From Chloroflexota bacterium (GTDB lineage Bacteria; Chloroflexota; Dehalococcoidia; Lucifugimonadales; G022566795): 48,765 bases of DNA. The translations under genes and the position numbers were made by a program. Position 1 is the stretch's first letter. Each line of letters opens with the position of its first letter. The notes below the pieces were generated by a model that was not told the DNA's origin, did not search any database, and saw nothing but the letters and a program-made list of their open reading frames with translations. The stretch covers positions 1 through 48,765 of the forward strand of contig JADFIF010000005.1 in NCBI GenBank assembly GCA_022566795.1. The letters run 5' to 3'. Shown here piece after piece: positions 18,776-26,789 of the stretch.

Positions 18776-19750
18776 ATGAGCGGGACGGTGGTTCTTTATG
18801 CGCCCAGCGACGACGCGCTGGCGGATTTCCAGCGGGTCGCACCAGGGGGCGCCGATATTTCGTGGGTGGACTCTACGCAACCCATCGAGGAACAGGCCAG
18901 TCAGCTTAAGGACGCGGTTGCCGTCATCGTTGGCGGCGGTGGCGGCTTCTCGGTCGAGCTCGCCAAGTCCTGCGCCAAGCTGACGCTGATTCAGACGACC
19001 AGCGCCGGGACAGATCGCCTGGACAAGCAGGCCCTCGGCGAGATGGGGATAAGGGTCGCCAACAACGGCGGAGGCAATGCGGTTGCCGTGGCAGAGCATA
19101 CCATGGCGCTGATCGTAAGCACGTATCGGAAGCTCCAGCTTCAGCTTCAGGCGGTGAAGTCCGGGGAGTGGGCCGGTGACATTAGAGCGTCGTGGTTCTC
19201 ACAGGCACACGAGTTGGCCGGGAGGACCGTCGGGATCATCGGGCTGGGCCGAATCGGCTCTCGCGTTGCCAGACGGCTCCAGGGCTGGGAGTGCGACATC
19301 ATCTACCACGACGTAGTGCAGTTCCCGGACCTCGAGGCCGAGCTGGGCGTGTCGTCGGTGTCGAAAGATGAGCTCTTGCAGAGCTCCGACGTGGTGACGC
19401 TTCACGTCCCGCTGAACAAGCACACCAGGGGCATGATGAGCGACCGCGAGTTCGGCATGATGAAGCCGACGGCGGTACTGATCAACGCCTGCCGCGGTCC
19501 GGTCGTCGACGAGGCGGCGCTTATTAGGGCCCTCAAGGAGGGCAAGATCGCCGCCGCGGGACTCGATGTTCTGGAGGAGGAACCCACGCCGAAGGACAAC
19601 CCACTTCTGGACATGGACAACGTTCTGGTCACGCCTCACATGGCATCCTTTGCCCAGGAGTCGGGCGAGAAGAGCAGGGTGTTCGCCATGCGGAACGTGA
19701 CCAAGGTAGCCGAGGGAGGCGAGCCCGAGTCGATCGTCCTACCCGAGTAG
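18776..19750 (+). CDS. D-isomer-specific 2-hydroxyacid dehydrogenase
   Basis: AVAEH, GLGRIG, LHVPL, LINACRG.VVDE, AGLDVLEEEP, TPHMA; ATG 18776 with GAGGAGG RBS. Confidence 0.93.
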   Translation: MSGTVVLYAPSDDALADFQRVAPGGADISWVDSTQPIEEQASQLKDAVAVIVGGGGGFSVELAKSCAKLTLIQTTSAGTDRLDKQALGEMGIRVANNGGGNAVAVAEHTMALIVSTYRKLQLQLQAVKSGEWAGDIRASWFSQAHELAGRTVGIIGLGRIGSRVARRLQGWECDIIYHDVVQFPDLEAELGVSSVSKDELLQSSDVVTLHVPLNKHTRGMMSDREFGMMKPTAVLINACRGPVVDEAALIRALKEGKIAAAGLDVLEEEPTPKDNPLLDMDNVLVTPHMASFAQESGEKSRVFAMRNVTKVAEGGEPESIVLPE

Positions 19751-19753
19751 CCC

Positions 19754-20170
19754 ATGCAGTTCAGGTACTACGGCATCGCCGAGCTGGCCATCGTGGTCTC
19801 CAATCTGGAGCGAGCGAAGACGTTCTACGTCGGCCTGCTGGGCTTCGAGCTGAGCGAGCACGACGTTGGCGAGCGGGCCTGCATTCTGCGAATCGGCGAG
19901 AACAGGTTCTTGGGCCTGTGGGAGCCAGGAGTCTGGAAGAGCGACTTCCTGGCTCCCGAGCGCAGCGCGGCCTACTTCGGCAATGAGGTGGCGCCGACCC
20001 ACCCGGTCTTCGCGGTTCATCAGGACGACGTAGCTGGCATCGCCCAACGCCTGGCCGATGCGGGATACGAGGTCGACGGTCCGATGCCCCACGGAGACGG
20101 CTCGCTCCACCTTTACGTCTCAGACCCCGATAACCACGCTATCGAGTTTTGGGGCTGGCGGCCGGCTTGA
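19754..20170 (+). CDS. VOC/glyoxalase family protein
   Basis: V.NLERA..FY..LLGF, H..FAV, YVSDPDNH.IEF. Confidence 0.88.
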   Translation: MQFRYYGIAELAIVVSNLERAKTFYVGLLGFELSEHDVGERACILRIGENRFLGLWEPGVWKSDFLAPERSAAYFGNEVAPTHPVFAVHQDDVAGIAQRLADAGYEVDGPMPHGDGSLHLYVSDPDNHAIEFWGWRPA

Positions 20171-20190
20171 CCGCCGGTCCTTAGCCTTAG

Positions 20191-20334
20191 TAGGGCGTTC
20201 AAGAATTCTTTCGACCAATCCCTCTGGCGCCCTTTCGAGTGAGGAAAGGGAAGAAAAGTTTTATCTGAGGGACACCCTCAGACTCCCGGCAGAGGGATTT
20301 AGCCCCTCTGCACTCCCCATTTTTCATGAGCCCG
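20191..20334. mobile_element. MITE family A, copy 1 (divergent)
   Basis: Shares the core tttcgacc...tctgagggacaccctcagactcccggca.aggg...cccctctgcac...tttttcat with three other copies; TTAG direct repeats at 20187-20190 and 20335-20338. Confidence 0.8.
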
Positions 20335-21003
20335 TTAGGCTACGTACTCGAGGCCGATCTTCGAAAGCACGTGGCGCGGGCCGGATTCCAAGAGCGCGTT
20401 GGCCTCGTCGGCGTCGAGCCCCGCTCCCAGCGCCACCTTCAGCGCGAAGTCCCTGGTCAGCAGGTCGTGGTGGGAGTGGGCGTCTGAGTCCAGCACCGTG
20501 AGGGCGCCGGCCTCCCGCGCCGTCTTGACGACATGGCCGTTGGCGAAGCCATGACCCCTGCGGGCTGAGACCTCGAGGATTACGCCGTTGCGCGCGGCGA
20601 TGCGGGCCTCCTCCAGGGTTATCAGCCCTGGGTGGGCCAGGATATCGACGTTGGTGGAGCTGGCGGCCGCCAGGTTCGTTCCGGGCTCCACCGGCTCGAC
20701 GACGGTTTCCCCATGAACGTTCACCACCTTCGCGCCCATGGCCCGCGCCTCTCGCGCGATAAGGTCGATGTCCTCCTTCGGCACATAGGTTATCTCGACG
20801 CCGGGCAGAGGCCGAATATCCCAACGTTTGGCCGCCATCGCGCACTCCTTGACCAGCGTCGTAAGGATGAACTCGAGGTTGCCGGGTCCCACGTGGTCGG
20901 TGATCGCCATCGTCCGGTACCCGATCTGGTACGCCTGGCGGATCAGCTCCATGGGCGAGAGCACCCCGTCGCTGAGAAAGGTGTGGGTGTGAAAGTCGTA
21001 CAA
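20335..21003 (-). CDS. PHP-domain protein (histidinol-phosphatase-like)
   Basis: YDFHTHT..SDG, AITDH, GVEIT, VHGET..EPV, ILAHPG, DSDAH; TTG start at 21003 with GAGGAG RBS. Confidence 0.88.
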   Translation of the reverse strand: MYDFHTHTFLSDGVLSPMELIRQAYQIGYRTMAITDHVGPGNLEFILTTLVKECAMAAKRWDIRPLPGVEITYVPKEDIDLIAREARAMGAKVVNVHGETVVEPVEPGTNLAAASSTNVDILAHPGLITLEEARIAARNGVILEVSARRGHGFANGHVVKTAREAGALTVLDSDAHSHHDLLTRDFALKVALGAGLDADEANALLESGPRHVLSKIGLEYVA

Positions 21004-21145
21004 GCGCTGCTCCTCGTGCTCCGTGAGCCTGTTTTGCGAAACATGATAACAGTGAAGGCGAGGACGAGCCGCCATTGGGACATTTCGAGACGTTAGCGAG
21101 ACCGATTGTCATTGCTATGAGACGGAATCTGAAACTGAGCGGGCG

Positions 21146-21170
21146 CCCCTTCGGCAGGGTCAGGGCAGGC
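21146..21170. repeat. Free-standing cccttcg...cagggcaggc palindrome
   Basis: ccccttcggcagggtcagggcaggc resembles the outer nested element in the family B MITEs. Confidence 0.5.
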
Positions 21171-21318
21171 GTGAGACGGAGCCGGTCAGGCAGCGACGCG
21201 GGTATGGAGGCGCGCTGGCGCTTGGCAATGGGGGTAAGTTTTTCTGTGCCGTATTGTCTCATTCTGCTTCGCGAGTAAGGAAGAAAGGACTGACGGTGCG
21301 GTCAGTCCTCACGAGAAC

Positions 21319-21348
21319 AGAATAGCACGGGTGTTCGTATTGAGTCAA
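21319..21348 (-). promoter_or_regulatory. Sigma70 promoter with an overlapping LexA-like box
   Basis: TTGACT-N18-TATTCT with extended TG; spacer holds GAAC-ACCC-GTGC (one mismatch to GAAC-N4-GTTC). Confidence 0.55.
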
Positions 21349-21480
21349 GGGTGAGCGACGAAACTTGTCATGCGCTGGTTTCGGTGTAGACCGTACGCCG
21401 CACGTCTGTCGGCCTGACACGAGATTCGCGGCGTGGACACTGTCGGGGCGTAGGTGCTCCTGAGGCTTCGGCATTCGTTG

Positions 21481-21520
21481 TATAATGTGATTATCAGATT
21501 ATCTGAGGCGTTTGTCACAT
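21481..21520 (+). promoter_or_regulatory. TA operon -10 element and palindromic operator candidate
   Basis: TATAAT 21481-21486; tcagat-t-atctga palindrome 21494-21506; atgtga...tcacat IR. Confidence 0.55.
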
Positions 21521-21788
21521 GGAAACTACCATCACTGCCACGGAGCTGGCCAGGTCGCTTTCGGACATCCTGAGCCGTGTGCGCTACAAGGGCGAGACGT
21601 TCATCGTCGAGCGCCACGGCGAGCACGTTGCTACGCTTGCTCCGCCGGCCTCAGCCAAGCGTATGACCTGGGGCGAGTTTCTGGAGATGATGAAAGAGCT
21701 CCCCCCAGCGGGCCCTGACTTTGCCGATGACCTGGAGATGATTCAGGCATCGCAGCAACCCGCAGAGATGCCACGTTGGGGCTGCTGA
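21519..21788 (+). CDS. Phd/YefM-family antitoxin
   Basis: ITATEL.R.LSDIL.RV...GE.FIVER.G..VA.L; overlaps the PIN toxin gene. Confidence 0.85.
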   Translation: METTITATELARSLSDILSRVRYKGETFIVERHGEHVATLAPPASAKRMTWGEFLEMMKELPPAGPDFADDLEMIQASQQPAEMPRWGC

Positions 21789-22183
21789 TCGACTCAAGCG
21801 TACTCATCGCGATTGAACGCCGCCGTGAGGTACTCGATACTCTGATCGACGCAGTGGCTGGGGAAGAATTAGGCTTGGCCGCTATCACGGCATCTGAGTT
21901 GCTCGTCGGAGTCCATCGGGCGGTTACCCAGGAGCAACGAAGGCGGCGAACCGCTATCGTGGAAAGCGCCCTGGAGCGCATAGAAATCCTGCCACTGGAT
22001 CTTCAGATTGCTCGAACGCACGCGCGTCTCTTCGTGCAGCTTTCGCGCACCGGCCAAATGATAGGCGCGAACGACCTGCTCATTGCTGCCACGGCGCTCA
22101 CCTACGGCTACGACGTCATGACCCACGACGTCCGGGACTTCGAGAAGGTGCCCGGTCTGGACGTGCGCCGGCCAGATTGGTGA
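21776..22183 (+). CDS. vapC: VapC-family PIN-domain toxin
   Basis: LIDSSVLI, ITASEL..G, IGANDLLIAATAL, T.D..DF..VPGL. Confidence 0.92.
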   Translation: MGLLIDSSVLIAIERRREVLDTLIDAVAGEELGLAAITASELLVGVHRAVTQEQRRRRTAIVESALERIEILPLDLQIARTHARLFVQLSRTGQMIGANDLLIAATALTYGYDVMTHDVRDFEKVPGLDVRRPDW

Positions 22184-22187
22184 GCAG

Positions 22188-22754
22188 TTACTCCCCGCCG
22201 AGCTTCTGCGCCAGGCGCTTCATGGCCGCGCCGGTGTTGCCTATGTAGACCGGCGGCTGCTCGTACGGGTGGTCGACCTTCAGGCAGACGAAGACCGGCC
22301 CCGGCTCCCTCATGATCGACGGCAGCTCGCTGGCGAAGTCCTCCAGATTGTCGAACTCGTGGCTGTGCCTGAAGCCGGCGTCCTTTGCCATGCCCGCCAG
22401 GCTCACGCGGCCGGCGCCGGGGACGGGCTGGCTCCCGGTCGTGAAGTAGACGCCGTCCTCGAACAGGAAGTGCACGAGGTTTTCGGGCTCCTGCCCGGCG
22501 ATGGTCACCAGGCTGCCCAGGTTCATGAGCAGGCCGCCGTCACCGTCGAGGACCAGCACCTTCTTCTCGGGCCGGGCGAGAGCCAGGCCCAGCGCCACCG
22601 ACGACGCCTTGCCCATCGCTCCGAATATGGGCAGGTCGAGGTCTGGGTTCTCCGTAACGGCCTCCCAGTACCTGTTGGGGCTCATCGTGCTGACGACGAT
22701 AGCGTTCTCTCGCTCGCGGCTGATGGCCCTGACGGCCTCCAGGGACGGGATCAT
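22188..22754 (-). CDS. TPP-binding C-terminal domain enzyme (sulfopyruvate/phosphonopyruvate decarboxylase beta subunit, ComE-like)
   Basis: GAMGKASSVALGLALARP...VLDGDGGLLMNLGSL; 188 aa single domain. Confidence 0.82.
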   Translation of the reverse strand: MIPSLEAVRAISRERENAIVVSTMSPNRYWEAVTENPDLDLPIFGAMGKASSVALGLALARPEKKVLVLDGDGGLLMNLGSLVTIAGQEPENLVHFLFEDGVYFTTGSQPVPGAGRVSLAGMAKDAGFRHSHEFDNLEDFASELPSIMREPGPVFVCLKVDHPYEQPPVYIGNTGAAMKRLAQKLGGE

Positions 22755-22801
22755 GTTTCCACTGCTCCTGTAGAGATGTTGCGGCTACCGCAGAATTCTA
22801 G

Positions 22802-23070
22802 TACTTAGTCAGCAAGAAAGCGACATGTGCTTGTTTCCACCCGCCCGCACGTGAGAAACATGGTATGGGGGACACCCCCTCGATGGCTCGACAAACCGTC
22901 GCTGCTCTCGAGGACAGGGCTCAGTGCGGGCTTTGCTCAGGGCAGGCTCCCAGACCCCCGCCAATCCCGACTTGTCGGGACTTGGCCCCCCGGGGAGCGC
23001 GAAGGCTTGCCTCCTGGGGGACTTTTTGGGGGTGGGCGGTTGGCGCTATCAAGTCCTATGCAACGAAGCA
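22802..23070. mobile_element. MITE family B, copy 1 (269 bp, with nested palindromes)
   Basis: Starts tacttagtcagcaagaaa, ends tatcaagtcctatgcaacgaagca; CTAG on both sides (22798-22801, 23071-23074). Confidence 0.8.
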
Positions 23071-23074
23071 CTAG

Positions 23075-23215
23075 CAGGTTGCCTAAAAACCCTTTCGACC
23101 ATCCCCCTAACCCCCTTCCTGGCCAGGAAGGGGGAAGAAATTATGTCTGAGGGATACCCTCAGCCTCCCGGCAAAGGGGCTTCGCCCCTCTGCACACCCA
23201 TTTTTCATCAGCCTG
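23075..23215. mobile_element. MITE family A, copy 2
   Basis: TIR caggttgcctaaaaa / tttttcatcagcctg; flanks CTAG / CTGG. Confidence 0.85.
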
Positions 23216-23219
23216 CTGG

Positions 23220-23441
23220 TACTTGGTCAGCAAGAAAGCGATACGTATTTTTTCCCACCCATCCGCCGGTGAGGATTACCGTCTGGGGGACACCCATTCG
23301 ATGGTTCGACAATCCTTCGCTGCGCTCGAGGACAGGGCTCACCACAGGCTTTGCTCAGGGCAGGCTCCCCGAGGGGATTGGCCCCTCGGAGTCTTTTCGA
23401 GCGTGGGCGGTGGGCTGTATCAAGACTTACGCAGCGAAACA
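23220..23441. mobile_element. MITE family B, copy 2 (222 bp, with nested palindromes)
   Basis: tacttggtcagcaagaaagcgatacg ... gtatcaagacttacgcagcgaaaca; flanks CTGG / CTAT. Confidence 0.8.
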
Positions 23442-23445
23442 CTAT

Positions 23446-23586
23446 CAGGGTGTTGAAAAACCCTTTCGACCATCCCCCTGGCCCCCTTCCTGGCCAGGAA
23501 GGGGGAATATTTTGTATCTGAGGGGCACCCTCAGACTCCCGGCAAAGGGGCTCCGCCCCTCTGCACACCCCTTTTTCATCAGCCTG
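23446..23586. mobile_element. MITE family A, copy 3
   Basis: TIR cagggtgttgaaaaa / tttttcatcagcctg; flanks CTAT / CTAG. Confidence 0.85.
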
Positions 23587-23604
23587 CTAGGGTGTGGCCG
23601 CAAT

Positions 23605-24231
23605 TCAAGCGTGCGACGTGCCGGAGGGATTGCTCGGACCCTCGTACCGCATTTCTGGCGAGAGCTGGCCGATGATGCCCATCGCGGCCAGCACACGCTG
23701 GACCACGAAGTCGACGATGTCGTCGATCGTCTTGAGCGCGAGGTAGAAGGGCGGCTCCGGCGGTAGAATGGTGACGCCGAGCCGGGCCAGCGACGCCATG
23801 TTCTCGAGATGGATGGCGTTCAGCGGCGTTTCGCGCGGCACCAGCACCAGGGGGCGGCGCTCCTTGAGGCAGACGTCTGCGGCGCGGCGCACGAGGTTGT
23901 CCGCCAGCCCGTGCGCTATCGCGGCGACGGTCGCCATGCTGCAGGGCACGATGGCCATTCCCAGCGTCGGAAAGGTGCCGCTGGCGATGGGCGCCCGTAG
24001 GTCCGCGGCGGCGTAGTAGGCGAAGTCTTCGCTGTCGCTCCAGCGCTCCAACGCGGCGCCGAAGGACTCGTCCATCTCCTCCTGCCAGACCATCCGCGCG
24101 GCCGAGGATGCCGTGGCGATGACCGGCACGCCCATGGCCAGGAGGCGGTCGATGGCCGCGCGCGCAAGCACCGAGCCGCTGGCGCCGGTAATCCCGATGA
24201 TAGCGGGGTGACGCTGTCCGTTCTCAGTCAC
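23605..24231 (-). CDS. ubiX: Flavin prenyltransferase UbiX
   Basis: GITGASG, IASG, PCSMAT...IAHG...NL..RAADV.LKERR.LVLVPRETPL..IHLENM. Confidence 0.95.
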   Translation of the reverse strand: MTENGQRHPAIIGITGASGSVLARAAIDRLLAMGVPVIATASSAARMVWQEEMDESFGAALERWSDSEDFAYYAAADLRAPIASGTFPTLGMAIVPCSMATVAAIAHGLADNLVRRAADVCLKERRPLVLVPRETPLNAIHLENMASLARLGVTILPPEPPFYLALKTIDDIVDFVVQRVLAAMGIIGQLSPEMRYEGPSNPSGTSHA

Positions 24232-24305
24232 TGTTTACCTCGTCCCATCCAATTTCGATTCGAGCGGAAGGTTATGCCCTCGCCTAGAGGGCTTCCGAAA
24301 CCTAA

Positions 24306-24447
24306 AAGGTTGCTAAAAACCCTTTCGACCATCCCCCTGACCCCCTTCCTGGCCAGGAAGGGGGAAGAAAATTATGTCTGAGGGACACCCTCAGACTCCC
24401 GACAGAGGGGCTCAGCCCCTCTGCACTCCCCATTTTTCATCAGCTTG
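24306..24447. mobile_element. MITE family A, copy 4, between ubiA and ubiX
   Basis: aaggttgctaaaaaccctttcgacc ... tttttcatcagcttg; near-identical core to copies 2 and 3. Confidence 0.85.
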
Positions 24448-24459
24448 GTAGTACGCTCC

Positions 24460-25356
24460 CTACACGAAAAGCGCGGCCAGCGTCGCCGCCAGCATTGTCG
24501 TCGAGACGTACGCGTTGATTCGACCGAATGACCTGTCGAGCCGCGAGAGGTCGGTAGGGGAGATGAGGCGGTGCTTGTAGACCAACAGCCCGGTGGCGAC
24601 GGCCAGCCCGAGGAAGTAGGGGAAGGCCAGCTCCATCCAGAGGCCGAGGGATAGCATGCATACCATGGCCAGTGCGTCCAGAGCCCGCGCCCACCGGAAC
24701 GCCCCGGCGATGCCGAACCTGCGCGCGACGGAGTGGTACCCCTCGCGCCGGTGAAATTCGTAGTCTTGCGTGTGGTACAGGATATCGAAGCTCCCGGCCC
24801 ACAGGGCGACAGAAAGGGAAAGCAGCACGGGCTGCCACTGGAGCCGGCCGGTGACTCCTATCCAGGCCGCCGAGGGCGATATGGCCAGCGCCCAGCCCAG
24901 GAGGAGGTTGGCGGTCCACGTGAAGCGCTTGGTTAGCGGGTAGAGCACGAGGTAAGCCACAGCCACCGGCGCCAGGGCCAGCGCCAGCGAGTTCAGCTGC
25001 GCCGCGGCGAAGATGAAGATGCCGAGGGATGCCAGCGCAAACGCGGCCAGCTCGCCGACCTTCAGGCGGCCACTGGGCAGGTGCCTGCCGGCGGAGCGAG
25101 GGTTGCGCGCGTCGATGTGCCGGTCGATGATCCGGTTGGCCGACATGCCAACGGTGCGGGCGCTTACCATGGCGACGGTGATCCAGGCGAACTGGTGCCA
25201 CGTGGGCAGTCCGTCCGCCGCGAGCACCATCCCGATGTAGGCGAAGGGCAGCGCGAAGATGCTCTCATGAAAGGTGATGGCCCCCAGGAACATCGCGCTC
25301 TTGTGGACGACCGGGGTCGATGTTCTTGTCGCGGTCAGAGTCCGTACTCCCGCCAC
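24460..25356 (-). CDS. ubiA: UbiA-like polyprenyltransferase (MqnP-type)
   Basis: F..SIFALPFA, AR..GM..NR..D..ID..NPR...R.LP, YP.TKRFT, W...FDILY..QD; start uncertain (GTG 25356). Confidence 0.88.
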   Translation of the reverse strand: MAGVRTLTATRTSTPVVHKSAMFLGAITFHESIFALPFAYIGMVLAADGLPTWHQFAWITVAMVSARTVGMSANRIIDRHIDARNPRSAGRHLPSGRLKVGELAAFALASLGIFIFAAAQLNSLALALAPVAVAYLVLYPLTKRFTWTANLLLGWALAISPSAAWIGVTGRLQWQPVLLSLSVALWAGSFDILYHTQDYEFHRREGYHSVARRFGIAGAFRWARALDALAMVCMLSLGLWMELAFPYFLGLAVATGLLVYKHRLISPTDLSRLDRSFGRINAYVSTTMLAATLAALFV

Positions 25357-26789
25357 CTGCCGTCGACCAGGCGTTTGATCTCGTCGCTCATCACGATGTC
25401 CGGGGGCCACTCACGGAGGCGTCCGTCGGCCCGTCCCTTGGCGGTGGCGTCGATCCCCATCTTGCTGCCGTACTTCGGCACCGCCGTGGCGTGGTCGAGG
25501 TCGTCGATGGGGCCCTGCGCGAAGACGATATCGTTGGCCGGGTCGATATTGTTGGTGACCCTCCAGGCGACCTCCGAGAGGTTCTGTACGTCCACGAAGT
25601 GGTCGACGATCACGATGGTCTTGGCGAGCATCAGCAGCCCCAGGCCCCACATGGCGTGCATGACCTTCTGGGGATGGCCTGGGAACTCCTTCTTGACGGA
25701 GACCAAGACGAGGTTGTGAAAGATGCCCTCCGCGGGCATGTTCATGTCCACGACCTCCGGCAGCGTCATTTGAAGCGCGGGGAGCATCATGCGCTCGACG
25801 GCCTTCCCCATGAAGAAGTCTTCTGTCGGCGGCCTCCCGACGATCGTCGTCGGGTAGATGGGCTGCTGTCTGTGGGTGATGGCCGTCAGGTGAAAGACGG
25901 GATACTCCTCCGGCGGCGAGTAGTAGCCCGTATGATCGCCGAAAGGCCCCTCGGGACGAAGCTCCCCCGGGACCACGTAGCCCTCCAGCACGAACTCGGC
26001 ATGGGCCGGCGCCTCGAGGTCGATGGTCTGGCACCTGACCATCTCGACGGCCTCCTCCCGCACGAATCCGGCCGCCGCGATCTCGTCCATGTCGGGCGGC
26101 AGGGGCAGCGCGCCCGTCCACATCGTCGCCGGGTCGCCGCCAAGCGCCACCGCGACGTCCAGACGCTCGAGCCGCTGCTCCTCTCCCAGCCTGTAGTGGT
26201 GCGCGCCCACTTTGTGGGTCTGCCAGTGCATGCCCGCCGTGTGCGAGTCGTAGATCTGCATGCGGTAGATCCCGACGTTGCGCCTGCCGGAGACCGGGTC
26301 GCGGCTGATAACCAGCGGCAGCGTAATGAACCTCCCGCCGTCCATCGGCCAGCACTTGAGCGCCGGCAGCATGTTGAGGTCCGCGTCCGCGCCCTTGAGT
26401 ACGACATCCTGGCATGGCCCGCGGCCCACCGTCTTTGGCTGCGTTCTGGCCACTCCGACGAGGTCTCCGAGGGTGCGCACCTTGTTTATCAGTCCGGAGG
26501 GCGGAGCCTGTACCAAGCTGAGCAGCTTGCGGACCCTGTCGGCGAGCTCGTCGATGTGCTCGACCCCCAGGGCCCACGCCATCCGCTGATGGGTGCCGAA
26601 GAGGTTGATCGCGATGGGGGTTTCGTAGCCGCTGACGTTCTCGAAGAGTAGCGCGGGTCCGCCTGACTTGACGGTCCGGTCCGCGATCTCGGTGATCTCC
26701 AGATCGCGGCTCACGGACGACTTGATCCGGAGAAGCTGGCCTTTTTCGTCAAGGAAGGCTATGAAGCCGCGGAGGTCTCTGAACTTCAT
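25335..26789 (-). CDS. ubiD: UbiD-family (menaquinone biosynthesis, MqnL-type) decarboxylase
   Basis: DLEITEIADR..K.GGPALLFEN, WP.DGG.FIT, NVGIYR.Q, EGPFGDHTGYY, GSKMGIDAT. Confidence 0.95.
   Translation of the reverse strand: MKFRDLRGFIAFLDEKGQLLRIKSSVSRDLEITEIADRTVKSGGPALLFENVSGYETPIAINLFGTHQRMAWALGVEHIDELADRVRKLLSLVQAPPSGLINKVRTLGDLVGVARTQPKTVGRGPCQDVVLKGADADLNMLPALKCWPMDGGRFITLPLVISRDPVSGRRNVGIYRMQIYDSHTAGMHWQTHKVGAHHYRLGEEQRLERLDVAVALGGDPATMWTGALPLPPDMDEIAAAGFVREEAVEMVRCQTIDLEAPAHAEFVLEGYVVPGELRPEGPFGDHTGYYSPPEEYPVFHLTAITHRQQPIYPTTIVGRPPTEDFFMGKAVERMMLPALQMTLPEVVDMNMPAEGIFHNLVLVSVKKEFPGHPQKVMHAMWGLGLLMLAKTIVIVDHFVDVQNLSEVAWRVTNNIDPANDIVFAQGPIDDLDHATAVPKYGSKMGIDATAKGRADGRLREWPPDIVMSDEIKRLVDGRWREYGL

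Noticed and set aside
21780-21788. Selenocysteine read-through at the antitoxin end (GC-TGA)
   Set aside because: The TGA lies in the normal antitoxin/toxin overlap and the protein has typical length; no SECIS evident
22798-23590. CRISPR array
   Set aside because: Units are 140-270 bp with TIRs and 4-bp junctions, not short repeats with unique spacers; no cas genes
22827-23766. ORFs within the MITE array (e.g. 22924-23766, 280 aa)
   Set aside because: They are translations of non-coding repeats with no transposase motifs
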